Shown: positions 9,344 to 18,039, numbered from the stretch's first letter. The stretch: 64,000 bases of DNA from Bdellovibrionia bacterium (GCA_030427965.1 JAUICD010000009.1:10551-74550), one strand, 5' to 3'. Numbers and translations: made by a program. Notes: generated by a model not told the origin, from the letters alone.

Positions 9344-11497
9344 ATGTTGAAATCCATTGTCATATCCTACCCTTGTTGTCAGAATTTCAATATGCAAAAT
9401 AAGAATCGAATTCGGATTCGGAAAATAGAAAATATTGAATCTGTGTTTGATGGCATTGGTCTTCTAATTATGGCGGCACTTTTTCTGAGTTATATTCCCA
9501 AAGACGTGTACATGCCGTTTCCCGCAACTGGAGGGGACACAGGCTCTCATTTTTGGCCTGTTTATACTCTAAAGAATTTTGGGCTACCAGAGTTCACTGT
9601 CAAGCTATGGAATGCGGGGAATTTAGGTGGAGAGCCACATCTTGTTCATTATTTCCCACTTCCGTTTATCCTAATGGCTCTAATGGGCTTTGTGATTCCG
9701 TTAGAAACAGCCTTTAATATTGGCACACTTTTGCCACTTCTAATGCTTCCAACATGTGCTTATACATGTTTTCGTCTTATGGGATTTCGATTTCCCGCAC
9801 CGATACTGGCATCTGTATTTTTACTTCCATCTATTTACAATGAAGCGTTTTCGATGTGGGGAGGAAATACACTTTCCACCCTTGCAGGCCAGTTTGCGCA
9901 TGTTTATGCGTTCTGTTTTCTTTTCTTGGCATTGGGATTCACGGTTCATGGATTGAAGAGAAATAAAATGTCGTTTTGGGGTTTGATTTTTCTTTCAGCG
10001 GTTGCATTAAGTCATGCTTATGTTTTTTTGATTGTACCAGTCTTTTTTGCTTCAGCTTTTTTTCTTGTTAAAAAAGAGCAAATAAAACCATGGCTGAAAA
10101 TTTTAACTCTTACGGGCGTGATGACTTTGCTTCTTTCCCTTTGGTTTATTTATCCTATGATTGATAACAACAAGTGGACAACCCCTCTTCCAATGAGTTG
10201 GGGGTATTTAGGGATTTGGAAATCTTTTACAGCGCCAATCTATTACCCTTTGTATGTCATCTTTGTTTGTTGGTTTTTGATTCAATTGTTTCCGAGGATG
10301 CGGTGGAATCTTAAGCAAAATTTAAAACAGATTGGTTTCTGGGGCATTCCAATTCTTACATATGCAGGATTATTTTTTGTCTTTCCAAAAATTGGTCTTG
10401 TGGACGCACGGGCCATACCTCAGATACAACTTTTTTTCTCAGTGGTTGTTGGGATTATGACTGGAATGGTCGTTTCCAAAGTGGCAAAAAGGTTGGGTTC
10501 TCTTGTTGTGACGCTGCCATTACTTGTGTTGATGGTTTGGTGGACCTCAGGGCATGTTCATAATTTCCCAAACTGGTGCAAATGGAATTATTCAAGTTGG
10601 AATAAAAAATATCTTTACCCCAAGCTTCAGTCTTTGGTCGGACAACTGGAGCCGGGCCTTGAAAAACCACGTATTGTGTTTGAACACAATGACATAAGCA
10701 ATGGGGCGGGAACAATTCGCGTATTTGAGATGTTGCCTTATTTTGCTCGTAGGGCCACTCTTGAAAGTCTTTACACACAGGCTTCAATACTTTCACCTGA
10801 AGCTTTTTATCTTCAAGCAAAAGTGAGCAAAACTCCGAGTTGCCCGTTTCGCGATTTCAAGTGCCCCAAAAGAGGGTTTGATACGCTGGAAGAAAAGTTT
10901 GACTTGATGGGCGTAGATCATTTGATTGGAATCACGAAGAAAACCAACGATTCAGCAAATAGGGCTTCTTATATTTCAATGGTTGGTGAGCATTCTCCTT
11001 GGACCCTGTATAGGGTTCATCAGTCACCACGCATGGCAGTGCCTTTGTTGGGACAGGTTGAGATCATCGAAAATGACAGTAAATGGCAACAAAAGTTCTA
11101 TAGTTGGTTTGATGAATACAACAGGGAGACCAGTAAGTGGTTGATCGTGAATCAAGGCTCAGGTGTTCATTCATTTAAAAAGCAAGTTGAAGAGAATCGA
11201 GTCAGCAATTGCAGAGCACAGATTGAAACAGATTTTTTTGGATTTACACTGAAAACAGACTGTAAGGGTACGCCTCATTTAGTAAAGTATGCTTATCATG
11301 ATGCTCTAATTCCGGACTCAGGAGACCCAACTTATCTTGTGTCTCCTGGGATGATTGGGGTAACTCCATCAAGTGAGAAGGTTCGGTTTCAGTTTGGACG
11401 CAAGATCTCATGGATTTTTAGCGGATATGTTTCTTTGTTTTCATTTGTCTTTCTCGTTGGTGTTAGTTGGCGAAAGCCGAAATGGTGGTTGGGGTGA
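9344..11497 (+). CDS. Large polytopic membrane protein, GT-C-like architecture (resembles the PTPS-related membrane protein family)
   Basis: 717 aa: about 400 aa with many TM helices, then about 300 aa of soluble domain. The first loop carries ...ATGGDTGSHFWP... and ...LWNAGNLGGEPHLVHYFPLPF.... The family assignment is from memory only. An alternative ATG start exists at 9392. Confidence 0.6.
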   Translation: MLKSIVISYPCCQNFNMQNKNRIRIRKIENIESVFDGIGLLIMAALFLSYIPKDVYMPFPATGGDTGSHFWPVYTLKNFGLPEFTVKLWNAGNLGGEPHLVHYFPLPFILMALMGFVIPLETAFNIGTLLPLLMLPTCAYTCFRLMGFRFPAPILASVFLLPSIYNEAFSMWGGNTLSTLAGQFAHVYAFCFLFLALGFTVHGLKRNKMSFWGLIFLSAVALSHAYVFLIVPVFFASAFFLVKKEQIKPWLKILTLTGVMTLLLSLWFIYPMIDNNKWTTPLPMSWGYLGIWKSFTAPIYYPLYVIFVCWFLIQLFPRMRWNLKQNLKQIGFWGIPILTYAGLFFVFPKIGLVDARAIPQIQLFFSVVVGIMTGMVVSKVAKRLGSLVVTLPLLVLMVWWTSGHVHNFPNWCKWNYSSWNKKYLYPKLQSLVGQLEPGLEKPRIVFEHNDISNGAGTIRVFEMLPYFARRATLESLYTQASILSPEAFYLQAKVSKTPSCPFRDFKCPKRGFDTLEEKFDLMGVDHLIGITKKTNDSANRASYISMVGEHSPWTLYRVHQSPRMAVPLLGQVEIIENDSKWQQKFYSWFDEYNRETSKWLIVNQGSGVHSFKKQVEENRVSNCRAQIETDFFGFTLKTDCKGTPHLVKYAYHDALIPDSGDPTYLVSPGMIGVTPSSEKVRFQFGRKISWIFSGYVSLFSFVFLVGVSWRKPKWWLG

Positions 11498-12336
11498 AAT
11501 CTGTATTTTTACTGTTTTTGATAAGTTCATTTGCCAATGCGGGTACAATTTCAATTGTAGGAAATCCCAATTTGGAATTTGAGAGTGGCGAAACTTCTGT
11601 TGAGATTATTGGAGAGTTTGATCTTTCGAATTTTGGGAATGAAAGTGCAGTTGAAGTTTTCCCTGAAATTGTCATTGGATCTTGGAGGTGGGCTGGAGGC
11701 CCAGAGCAACTTGTGCCTCAGGGAAAGAAGAAATGGAAGATTTCTGATACTGTGACGTATGATCAGTTGGGATGTAATTTGACAATCTGTAAGTCCTTAA
11801 ATCTGCCAAGAAGAGGGTTGTATCCAATTTTTGTTTGGCGACATTACAAAGACCTCAATGGTTATCCATTTACTGCATTGACTGTGGAGAGAGCTGTACT
11901 GGGGCAAGTCCCTAAATCTAAGCAAACTTTACTCTATGCTTCAGGAATCCAAGGAAAGATGAGTGTTTTTGGAACTGGTGAAAAGTTTGAAGCCAAAGTT
12001 GTCATTCGCAATCCAGGGTCTGTTATGAGACGTGGAATGGTGAGTTTACACACAACAAAAGAAATTCAAATCATAGATGAAGGGTTTCCATTTGAAATTA
12101 AGGCAGGTGGAGAATCTGAGTTTCTATTTGAGGGAAAAAACTTTAGCGGACTTTTGGGTTCTGTGTACGCCATTTTTGGAGTTGTTGAGTGGGAAGAGGA
12201 GGGACTGAGAAACACGCAAACTCTTTCAGCTCAATGGACGATTCGAGAGGCAGAAACTACGAATCTTTGGATTTTTGTTATATTGTCGATGGCGGTTCTT
12301 GGCTTGGTGGCAGTGTTATACTTAAGAAAATCTTAG
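11482..12336 (+). CDS. Hypothetical exported protein with C-terminal TM anchor
   Basis: The ATG at 11482 gives the signal peptide MVVGVKSVFLLFLISSFANA. The start overlaps the upstream stop (11495-11497) by 16 nt. C-terminal TM is LWIFVILSMAVLGLVAVLYL. No family recognised. Confidence 0.7.
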   Translation: MVVGVKSVFLLFLISSFANAGTISIVGNPNLEFESGETSVEIIGEFDLSNFGNESAVEVFPEIVIGSWRWAGGPEQLVPQGKKKWKISDTVTYDQLGCNLTICKSLNLPRRGLYPIFVWRHYKDLNGYPFTALTVERAVLGQVPKSKQTLLYASGIQGKMSVFGTGEKFEAKVVIRNPGSVMRRGMVSLHTTKEIQIIDEGFPFEIKAGGESEFLFEGKNFSGLLGSVYAIFGVVEWEEEGLRNTQTLSAQWTIREAETTNLWIFVILSMAVLGLVAVLYLRKS

Positions 12337-12406
12337 TTCCCTGTTTGCCGTCTGCCAATTAAAACGACCACTCACATTTCCACTGTTTATCATAAACTGG
12401 TCTACA

Positions 12407-12464
12407 GCAGTGTTGGTCTTTGAGAACTTAGGTGAAACTTTAAACCAACACTTCTGTAGGCCAG
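12407..12464. repeat. Palindromic intergenic element, simple copy
   Basis: CTGGTCTACAGCAGTGTTGGTCTTTGAGAACTTAGGTGAAACTTTAAACCAACACTTCTGTAGGCCAG. The arms are imperfect inverted repeats around a ~20-nt loop. It lies between convergent genes, and a second copy is at 18154-18349. Confidence 0.8.
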
Positions 12465-12529
12465 TTTCTATTTGTCATAAAGAATCAAGCTTTCAGATGG
12501 AAATGGGCATGTCGGTCAATCTTACAAAG

Positions 12530-13474
12530 TTAAGTGTCGTCACGACCTTCAATTCCCACAGAATCACGAATTAGATAAATGGGGCGTCCTTTGGTTTCTG
12601 TGTATATTTTCCCAACGTAAATTCCGACAATTCCCATCAAGAACAACTGAAGTCCTCCAATTGTTGAGTGAAGAATTGCGGTTGAGGCCCATCCTGGAAT
12701 GGAATGCTGTGTGAATATTTTAATATAAAGTGCGTAACAACCATATCCAAAACCAAGAGTTCCCATAGTGAAACCGATGTAGACTGATAGATAAATGGGG
12801 AGTGATGAAAAGGATGTTATGCCTTCAATTGCAAAATTAAACATTCGGCGCCAATTGTATTTTGTTTTTCCACTATGCCGTTTATTGGCTTTGTACTTAA
12901 TACCAATGTTCTTATACCCAACCCAAAAAGTAAGCCCTCTCAGAAATCGATTTCGTTCTCTTATACGTTTGAAAGCTTTGACAACCTTTCTGTCCATTAA
13001 CCGAAAATCAGCAACTCCATCTGGAATTTGAGTGGAAGAAAGTGATCGAAAGAGTAAGTAAAAGATCTTGGATGTCAGAGCTTTCAATATGCCAACACTG
13101 TCTTCTTTTTCCCGAATCGTATAAACAACTTCATGCCCCTTTTCCCACTCAGAAATCATAGTTGGGATGAGTTCGGGGGGATGTTGGAGATCGGCATCCA
13201 TAACCAAAACGGCATCACCCTTGGCGTGATCCATTCCTGCTGTAAGAGCGATTTGATGTCCAAAATTTCTAGAAAATGAAATTAACTTTGCACGGGAATC
13301 TTTTCGATGAAGCCTTTTGATTGTGTTTAATGTTTGATCTGTACTTCCATCATCAACAAACAGAATTTCAAAATCGTAAGAGAGTTCTTGAAAAACAGTC
13401 TCAACTCTTTCAAAAAGAGGATCGATATTCGACTCTTCATTCAATACAGGTATAACAATGCTGATTCTCGACAA
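12530..13474 (-). CDS. GT2 polyprenyl-phosphate glycosyltransferase (ArnC/GtrB/DPM1-like)
   Basis: 314 aa. ISIVIPVLNEE..., FVDDGSTDQT, DADLQHPPE (DXD region) and two C-terminal TM helices. The start codon is TTG. Confidence 0.9.
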   Translation of the reverse strand: MSRISIVIPVLNEESNIDPLFERVETVFQELSYDFEILFVDDGSTDQTLNTIKRLHRKDSRAKLISFSRNFGHQIALTAGMDHAKGDAVLVMDADLQHPPELIPTMISEWEKGHEVVYTIREKEDSVGILKALTSKIFYLLFRSLSSTQIPDGVADFRLMDRKVVKAFKRIRERNRFLRGLTFWVGYKNIGIKYKANKRHSGKTKYNWRRMFNFAIEGITSFSSLPIYLSVYIGFTMGTLGFGYGCYALYIKIFTQHSIPGWASTAILHSTIGGLQLFLMGIVGIYVGKIYTETKGRPIYLIRDSVGIEGRDDT

Positions 13475-13480
13475 GTTGAT

Positions 13481-13514
13481 CCACTCCAGTTACCTTTATA
13501 TTCTACTGGAGTGG
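13481..13514 (-). promoter_or_regulatory. Hairpin sequestering the Shine-Dalgarno of the GT2 gene
   Basis: The minus-strand RNA reads CCACUCCAGU-14 nt-ACUGGAGUGG-AUCAAC-UUG. This is a perfect 10-bp stem whose 3' arm contains the GGAG SD of the TTG start at 13474. Confidence 0.45.
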
Positions 13515-13592
13515 GGGATAAGAATAAAATAGGATGAAGTGAAGAGTACTTTGGTCCGTGGGAAAATTATGTCTAGATCACGGACAGAAGTC

Positions 13593-14261
13593 TTATATTC
13601 TTTTGGTATTCAATTGCGAGCGAAAATTCATCCAAATTTCATGGTATTTCCATGCTGGTGGAGGGTTGTCACCTTGCTTGTGATCAGGTTTGAGGATGAG
13701 GTCTCCTGTTTGAAAAAGAAGATCTTTTACGCGAGTGTTTTGTGCTAACTTTTCTTTCATAGCTCGAATGATCAACTTGTAATGATCTCCTTTTTCTTGG
13801 GTGCGATAGTCCATTCTTTTACCTTTGTAGCTGACCCAATTGATATCCATAATCTTCATGTTTTTTGAGGCCAGTTTTCCCGCATTTTTTGCTTCAAATG
13901 CTGTCATCTGTGCCACTTGTTTCCTCGTGAACTTCCAAGTGACTCCTTCAGCTGTGTAGCGTGGATCCTCTTTATTCTCAGGATATTTCATCATTTGCCA
14001 AAACCCCTCAAGACTTTTGTATTTGATTCCGTCTAGTTCAAACGGTGTGGCTGCAAAGTTTGAGAAAATTCCAAGTTCTGTTCTTTTGGACAATATGACT
14101 TCTCCGGCTTTTGCGTCTTGAGGAAGTATTTCCCAACTGGCTGCTTGATCTCGAGGAACGGGTTTCCACCACTTGGCTGGATAGTCTTTGTCGATAGCTG
14201 CAAAGCTACTATTGGGAATAATAAAAAGAGATATTAAAATTGAGTTGAAGAAATGAGTCAT
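13593..14261 (-). CDS. NADAR (YbiA/DUF1768) domain protein with N-terminal signal peptide
   Basis: GIFSNFAATPFELDGIKYKSLEGFWQMMKY and ...LLFQTGDLILKPDH match NADAR motifs. The ATG at 14261 follows AAGGGGGG and gives MTHFFNSILISLFIIPNSSFAA. Confidence 0.8.
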   Translation of the reverse strand: MTHFFNSILISLFIIPNSSFAAIDKDYPAKWWKPVPRDQAASWEILPQDAKAGEVILSKRTELGIFSNFAATPFELDGIKYKSLEGFWQMMKYPENKEDPRYTAEGVTWKFTRKQVAQMTAFEAKNAGKLASKNMKIMDINWVSYKGKRMDYRTQEKGDHYKLIIRAMKEKLAQNTRVKDLLFQTGDLILKPDHKQGDNPPPAWKYHEIWMNFRSQLNTKRI

Positions 14262-14339
14262 GGTCCCCCCTTGTACTGACAATTGTCTTACGATAGACCT
14301 ATCTAAACAGCAAGACTCTTAAGTCGTAGGTGGTGAATA

Positions 14340-14948
14340 ATGAAACTCAGTATAATTTCGGGAAGCCAACGTACAGATTCTGAAACAGCTCGTGTTGGGG
14401 CATATGTGGAAAAAAGAGCCCAAGAGCAATTGAAGGCTTCCACCTTTCACTTGGATCTTGGTAGCAATCCACTCCCATTTTGGACACCAGAGTTTGAGTC
14501 TCAGTCTTTGTCTAGTGGGATGAGTGTTTTGGATTTGAAAGCAGAATTGGATTCAAGTGATGCCTTTGTGTTGTTGACTCCGGAATGGCACGGTATGGCA
14601 ACTGCTGCGATTAAGAATTTTCTTTTGTGTTTTTCAGCAGGTGAAACGCTTTCACATAAACCAGCTTTGTTGGTTTGTGTTTCAGCAGGACGTGGGGGTG
14701 CCTATCCTATTTCAGAACTTAGGATGAGTGGCTATAAAAATTCTCGAATCTGTTTTATTCCAGATCATGTTATTGTTCGTGATGTGGGGAATGTCTTACA
14801 GGGAGAAGCCTCAGCAAACGATGGCGATACTTTTGTACGTGAGAAGATAGACTACTCAGTTCAGCTACTAGGTGCGTACACAGGCGCGTTGAGAGCAGTT
14901 CGCAATGAGTCAGAATTGGATTTTTCTCGCCATACAAATGGAATGTGA
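14340..14948 (+). CDS. NAD(P)H-dependent FMN reductase family oxidoreductase
   Basis: 202 aa. MKLSIISGSQRTDS... has a flavodoxin-like N-terminus typical of this family. Confidence 0.8.
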   Translation: MKLSIISGSQRTDSETARVGAYVEKRAQEQLKASTFHLDLGSNPLPFWTPEFESQSLSSGMSVLDLKAELDSSDAFVLLTPEWHGMATAAIKNFLLCFSAGETLSHKPALLVCVSAGRGGAYPISELRMSGYKNSRICFIPDHVIVRDVGNVLQGEASANDGDTFVREKIDYSVQLLGAYTGALRAVRNESELDFSRHTNGM

Positions 14949-14983
14949 TCATAATTGAATCGAAAAGTTTTGGAGGATTTGGA

Positions 14984-15250
14984 ATGAATAAAAAGGTTTT
15001 TTTGAGTGCAGCAATGACGGGCTTACTCGCATCATCCCTGGCATCTGGATATGGAAGTGGTGCAAAGAAGTCGGCAAAGAAAACAGGCTCTACAGCTCAA
15101 GTGAAGTGCATGGGTGGAAATTCATGTGAAGCAAAAAGCTCATGTCACACAGCTGAGCATGCATGTGCTGGTCAAAATTCTTGTAAAGGTAAGGGCTGGG
15201 TCATGGCTTCAGCTGAAGAGTGTAAAGCTGCTGGCGGTAAGGCTGAATAA
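14984..15250 (+). CDS. Small exported Cys-rich protein, DUF2282 / bufferin-precursor-like
   Basis: The ATG at 14984 follows GGAGG. Signal peptide, then VKCMGGNSCEAKSSCHTAEHACAGQNSCKGKGWVMASAEECKAAGGKAE. The pattern KC.G...C...H.CAG...W...C...GG resembles DUF2282; this is recalled, not searched. Confidence 0.6.
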   Translation: MNKKVFLSAAMTGLLASSLASGYGSGAKKSAKKTGSTAQVKCMGGNSCEAKSSCHTAEHACAGQNSCKGKGWVMASAEECKAAGGKAE

Positions 15251-15251
15251 T

Positions 15252-16028
15252 TCAAATTAAAAAAGTATTGATTGCGTTCCAAATCTTAGAGGGCAGTGAG
15301 TCCGCTCCGATGAGGTAAACGTTTTCCACGTCTTTGCGTGAAGGCTTTTTGGATGAAATCTCAGAGGGTAGAAGGCCTTTTCCTCCGATAGACTCGATCC
15401 AATGTTTTCGAAACAAAAGTGAGTTGCTTACGACAACAGGTCTATTGATCTTCTTTTTTTGTCTTGGATTTAAAGAGGAATATTCAAAAGAGCTATAAAC
15501 ATCATAGGCATCGCTTTTTTGTACATTGTCTAGTGTTTGATATCCAAGTAGTTTTTGTTTATCAAATTTTCGTCGTCCTGGTTCTCGGTGTGTGAAAACG
15601 ATATCAAAATCATTTCTAGCAAAACTCAATTCGAGTTCGCTGAGATCTAAGACCTGAATGTCAGCAGATTGGATTTCTGTTTTTTGAAAAAGTGTTTCAA
15701 TCACTTTTGTTGCAACTGGAATCATTCCTTCAAGTGTGCCAACTCGAAGATGAGATATTGTAGAGCTTTCAAGTAAAACATTTATTTCATTTTCAAGTTT
15801 TTCAATCCCACCGGAGTAGACCTGTGAAATCTTGAAAGCCATTGGAGTCCATGCCGACTTCCTTCTTGCTGTTCGATCAAGAAGTGTGAGGTCGAGTTCT
15901 CGTTCAATTTTTGATATAACACGTGAAAGTTGGGGCTGACTTAGGCCAACGTGTGCGGCAGCTTGTGACAAGTTTTGATATTTTACGCATCTTGCGAGAG
16001 TTGCGAGCTCTTGATGGAGATTCAGCAT
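15252..16028 (-). CDS. LysR-family transcriptional regulator
   Basis: From the ATG at 16028 the protein begins MLNLHQELATLARCVKYQNLSQAAAHVGLSQPQLSRVISKIERELDLTLLDR, a LysR wHTH. The longer track ORF, running to 16280, would overlap the divergent permease. Confidence 0.88.
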   Translation of the reverse strand: MLNLHQELATLARCVKYQNLSQAAAHVGLSQPQLSRVISKIERELDLTLLDRTARRKSAWTPMAFKISQVYSGGIEKLENEINVLLESSTISHLRVGTLEGMIPVATKVIETLFQKTEIQSADIQVLDLSELELSFARNDFDIVFTHREPGRRKFDKQKLLGYQTLDNVQKSDAYDVYSSFEYSSLNPRQKKKINRPVVVSNSLLFRKHWIESIGGKGLLPSEISSKKPSRKDVENVYLIGADSLPSKIWNAINTFLI

Positions 16029-16218
16029 AGTCGTGAGGTTGTATCTGATGTGATGAGAATTGACGAATCTTACCGCAGTGCGCATCAGTTGATGTGGTTT
16101 GTTTTTCCCTGAGGGTCGAAGGATCTTCCTCGATGACGCGAAACAAGATGAAAACAGTTTTAGGACTTTTGGCAAATTGCAAGTAAATCTATTAACATAG
16201 GGTTTTGTTGAGGTGGGA

Positions 16219-18039
16219 ATGGAAAAACGTGACGGTGGGCTTAGCTGGATTATTGGTGCTGGAATTGTGGGGGCCGACATTGGAACTTCGGTTTTTTACG
16301 GCACAGGACTTTTGTTTCCGTACGTAGGGTACCTCTCACCCTTATTTGTTTTCATTGTTTGTTTGATGATGTGGGCTTTCAAGAAAACCTACGAAGAAGG
16401 CCTCGCACTGAGTCCGTACAACGGTGGTGCCTACGTCATGATTTTAAGAGGCTTTGGTAGGCGCACCGGGGTTTTGGCTGGTGGTTTAACGGTTGTCTCG
16501 TATCTTGCAACAGCAGCAGTGAGCGCTCTTTCTGGGGCATTTTACATCACCTCTCTTCAGAGCGGGGATGTGGAATTATCCACTATTGTTTTGATATCAG
16601 GAATACCGATTGTCATTTTCGGACTTCTTAATACTAAGGGGATTAAGGAGCCTGCAAAAATTGTAACGGGAATTGCGGGAGCTCACTTTGCATTGCTTTT
16701 GATCATGGTTTTTTGGGGCATAGGATTTGTGATGTTCAACTGGGAGCAAATCGATTTTGGTAAAATGAGTAAAATTACAATCAGTGGTGAGTTGACGTTT
16801 GCAATGCTTATGCATGGATTTGCAGGGGCGTTTTTAGGAATTACAGGATTTGAATCAGCAGCTCAAATTGTTGAAGAACTTGAAGAGCCAATGCTTGAAA
16901 CTGTAAAGAAGTTATATAAAACAGTTGTTGTTTTGGTTTCTTTGACGGCTCCAACAATTTCACTGCTCTGTTTAACGATACTTGCTGAAGATGAAATTAT
17001 CGCAAACAAAGAATCTTTATTGTCAGCTCTTGGTGGAAAAATGGGGGGAAAGACACTTATGACAGTAGTCGTAGTGGATGCCACTCTGACTTTGTTTGCA
17101 GCGGTGAATACCGCATTTGTGGGATTTATTGGATTAGCAAAAACAATGTCTAAACAGGGGAACTTACCAGAAATATTACTTAAGCGTATCACACACAGAT
17201 TTCCATCTGTTCAAGGGTACCCTCTGATTGCAATCCCCTTTATGCTGATTGCTCTTGCGATGACAGCTATTGTCCCGGGAGAGGTTGAAGTCTTAGCAAA
17301 AGTTTATGAAATGGCTTTCTTGGGAGTTATGGTAAGTTTTGCTGTGGGTGTTGTGCTTATGCGCAATCGTAAGAAACGCAAAAATTTACCAAGCCACTAT
17401 CTATCTAAATTTGTGATCAAACATAAACGACTTGTTATTCCTATAATTCCTTTGATTTCAGGTGTTGTTTTGTTGATTGCACAGGTCACACTGATGTTCT
17501 TTGCTTCTCCAGAAGCTCAAAACATGGGGATACAACTTCTTGCGTTGGTCCTTTTGGTAATGGCATTTTACCGTTGGGGTGTACTAGAGACGCGCCTTGA
17601 AACCCGTAAGGACCTTCACTTTGGAATGGGAGTTTATTCCAATCGAGAGTTGCCAGAAAACTTACCCAAACATGTTTTGTGCGCAGGGGGAACGGGACTT
17701 AGGCCTTTGATCAATCGTGCGGTGAACTATCTTGTACGTGAAGAAAATGGAAATCCATTTGAACTTGTGGTTTTCCATGTGGATGAAAGTGATGAAGGTT
17801 TCTTTTTTGAAAGTTTACAAAGAATTATATTTCAACAGATTGTTCCAATGTACAGCAACAGAGATATTGTTTTAACTGTTAAGACTTTACCTGGAAATTT
17901 AGTCGAAGGGCTTCAAACTCTCAAAAAGACAATGAACTATAGAAGTGTGATTTTAGGAACTGGAAAGAATCCTGAAGTGGCAAATGAATTTGCACATATG
18001 ATTCGCGAAGAAATTCAGTCCGAAGTCGTACAAGTCTAG
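16219..18039 (+). CDS. APC-superfamily amino acid/polyamine permease with C-terminal cytoplasmic domain
   Basis: About 12 TM helices, with GAGIVGADIGTSVFYG near the N-terminus and an additional ~130-aa soluble tail. The ATG at 16219 follows GAGGTG. Confidence 0.8.
   Translation: MEKRDGGLSWIIGAGIVGADIGTSVFYGTGLLFPYVGYLSPLFVFIVCLMMWAFKKTYEEGLALSPYNGGAYVMILRGFGRRTGVLAGGLTVVSYLATAAVSALSGAFYITSLQSGDVELSTIVLISGIPIVIFGLLNTKGIKEPAKIVTGIAGAHFALLLIMVFWGIGFVMFNWEQIDFGKMSKITISGELTFAMLMHGFAGAFLGITGFESAAQIVEELEEPMLETVKKLYKTVVVLVSLTAPTISLLCLTILAEDEIIANKESLLSALGGKMGGKTLMTVVVVDATLTLFAAVNTAFVGFIGLAKTMSKQGNLPEILLKRITHRFPSVQGYPLIAIPFMLIALAMTAIVPGEVEVLAKVYEMAFLGVMVSFAVGVVLMRNRKKRKNLPSHYLSKFVIKHKRLVIPIIPLISGVVLLIAQVTLMFFASPEAQNMGIQLLALVLLVMAFYRWGVLETRLETRKDLHFGMGVYSNRELPENLPKHVLCAGGTGLRPLINRAVNYLVREENGNPFELVVFHVDESDEGFFFESLQRIIFQQIVPMYSNRDIVLTVKTLPGNLVEGLQTLKKTMNYRSVILGTGKNPEVANEFAHMIREEIQSEVVQV

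Noticed and set aside
16029-16280. 84-codon N-terminal extension of the LysR ORF (track start 16280), and the ORF at 15904-16182
   Set aside because: The extension has no LysR similarity and overlaps the divergent permease start. The wHTH begins right after the ATG at 16028.
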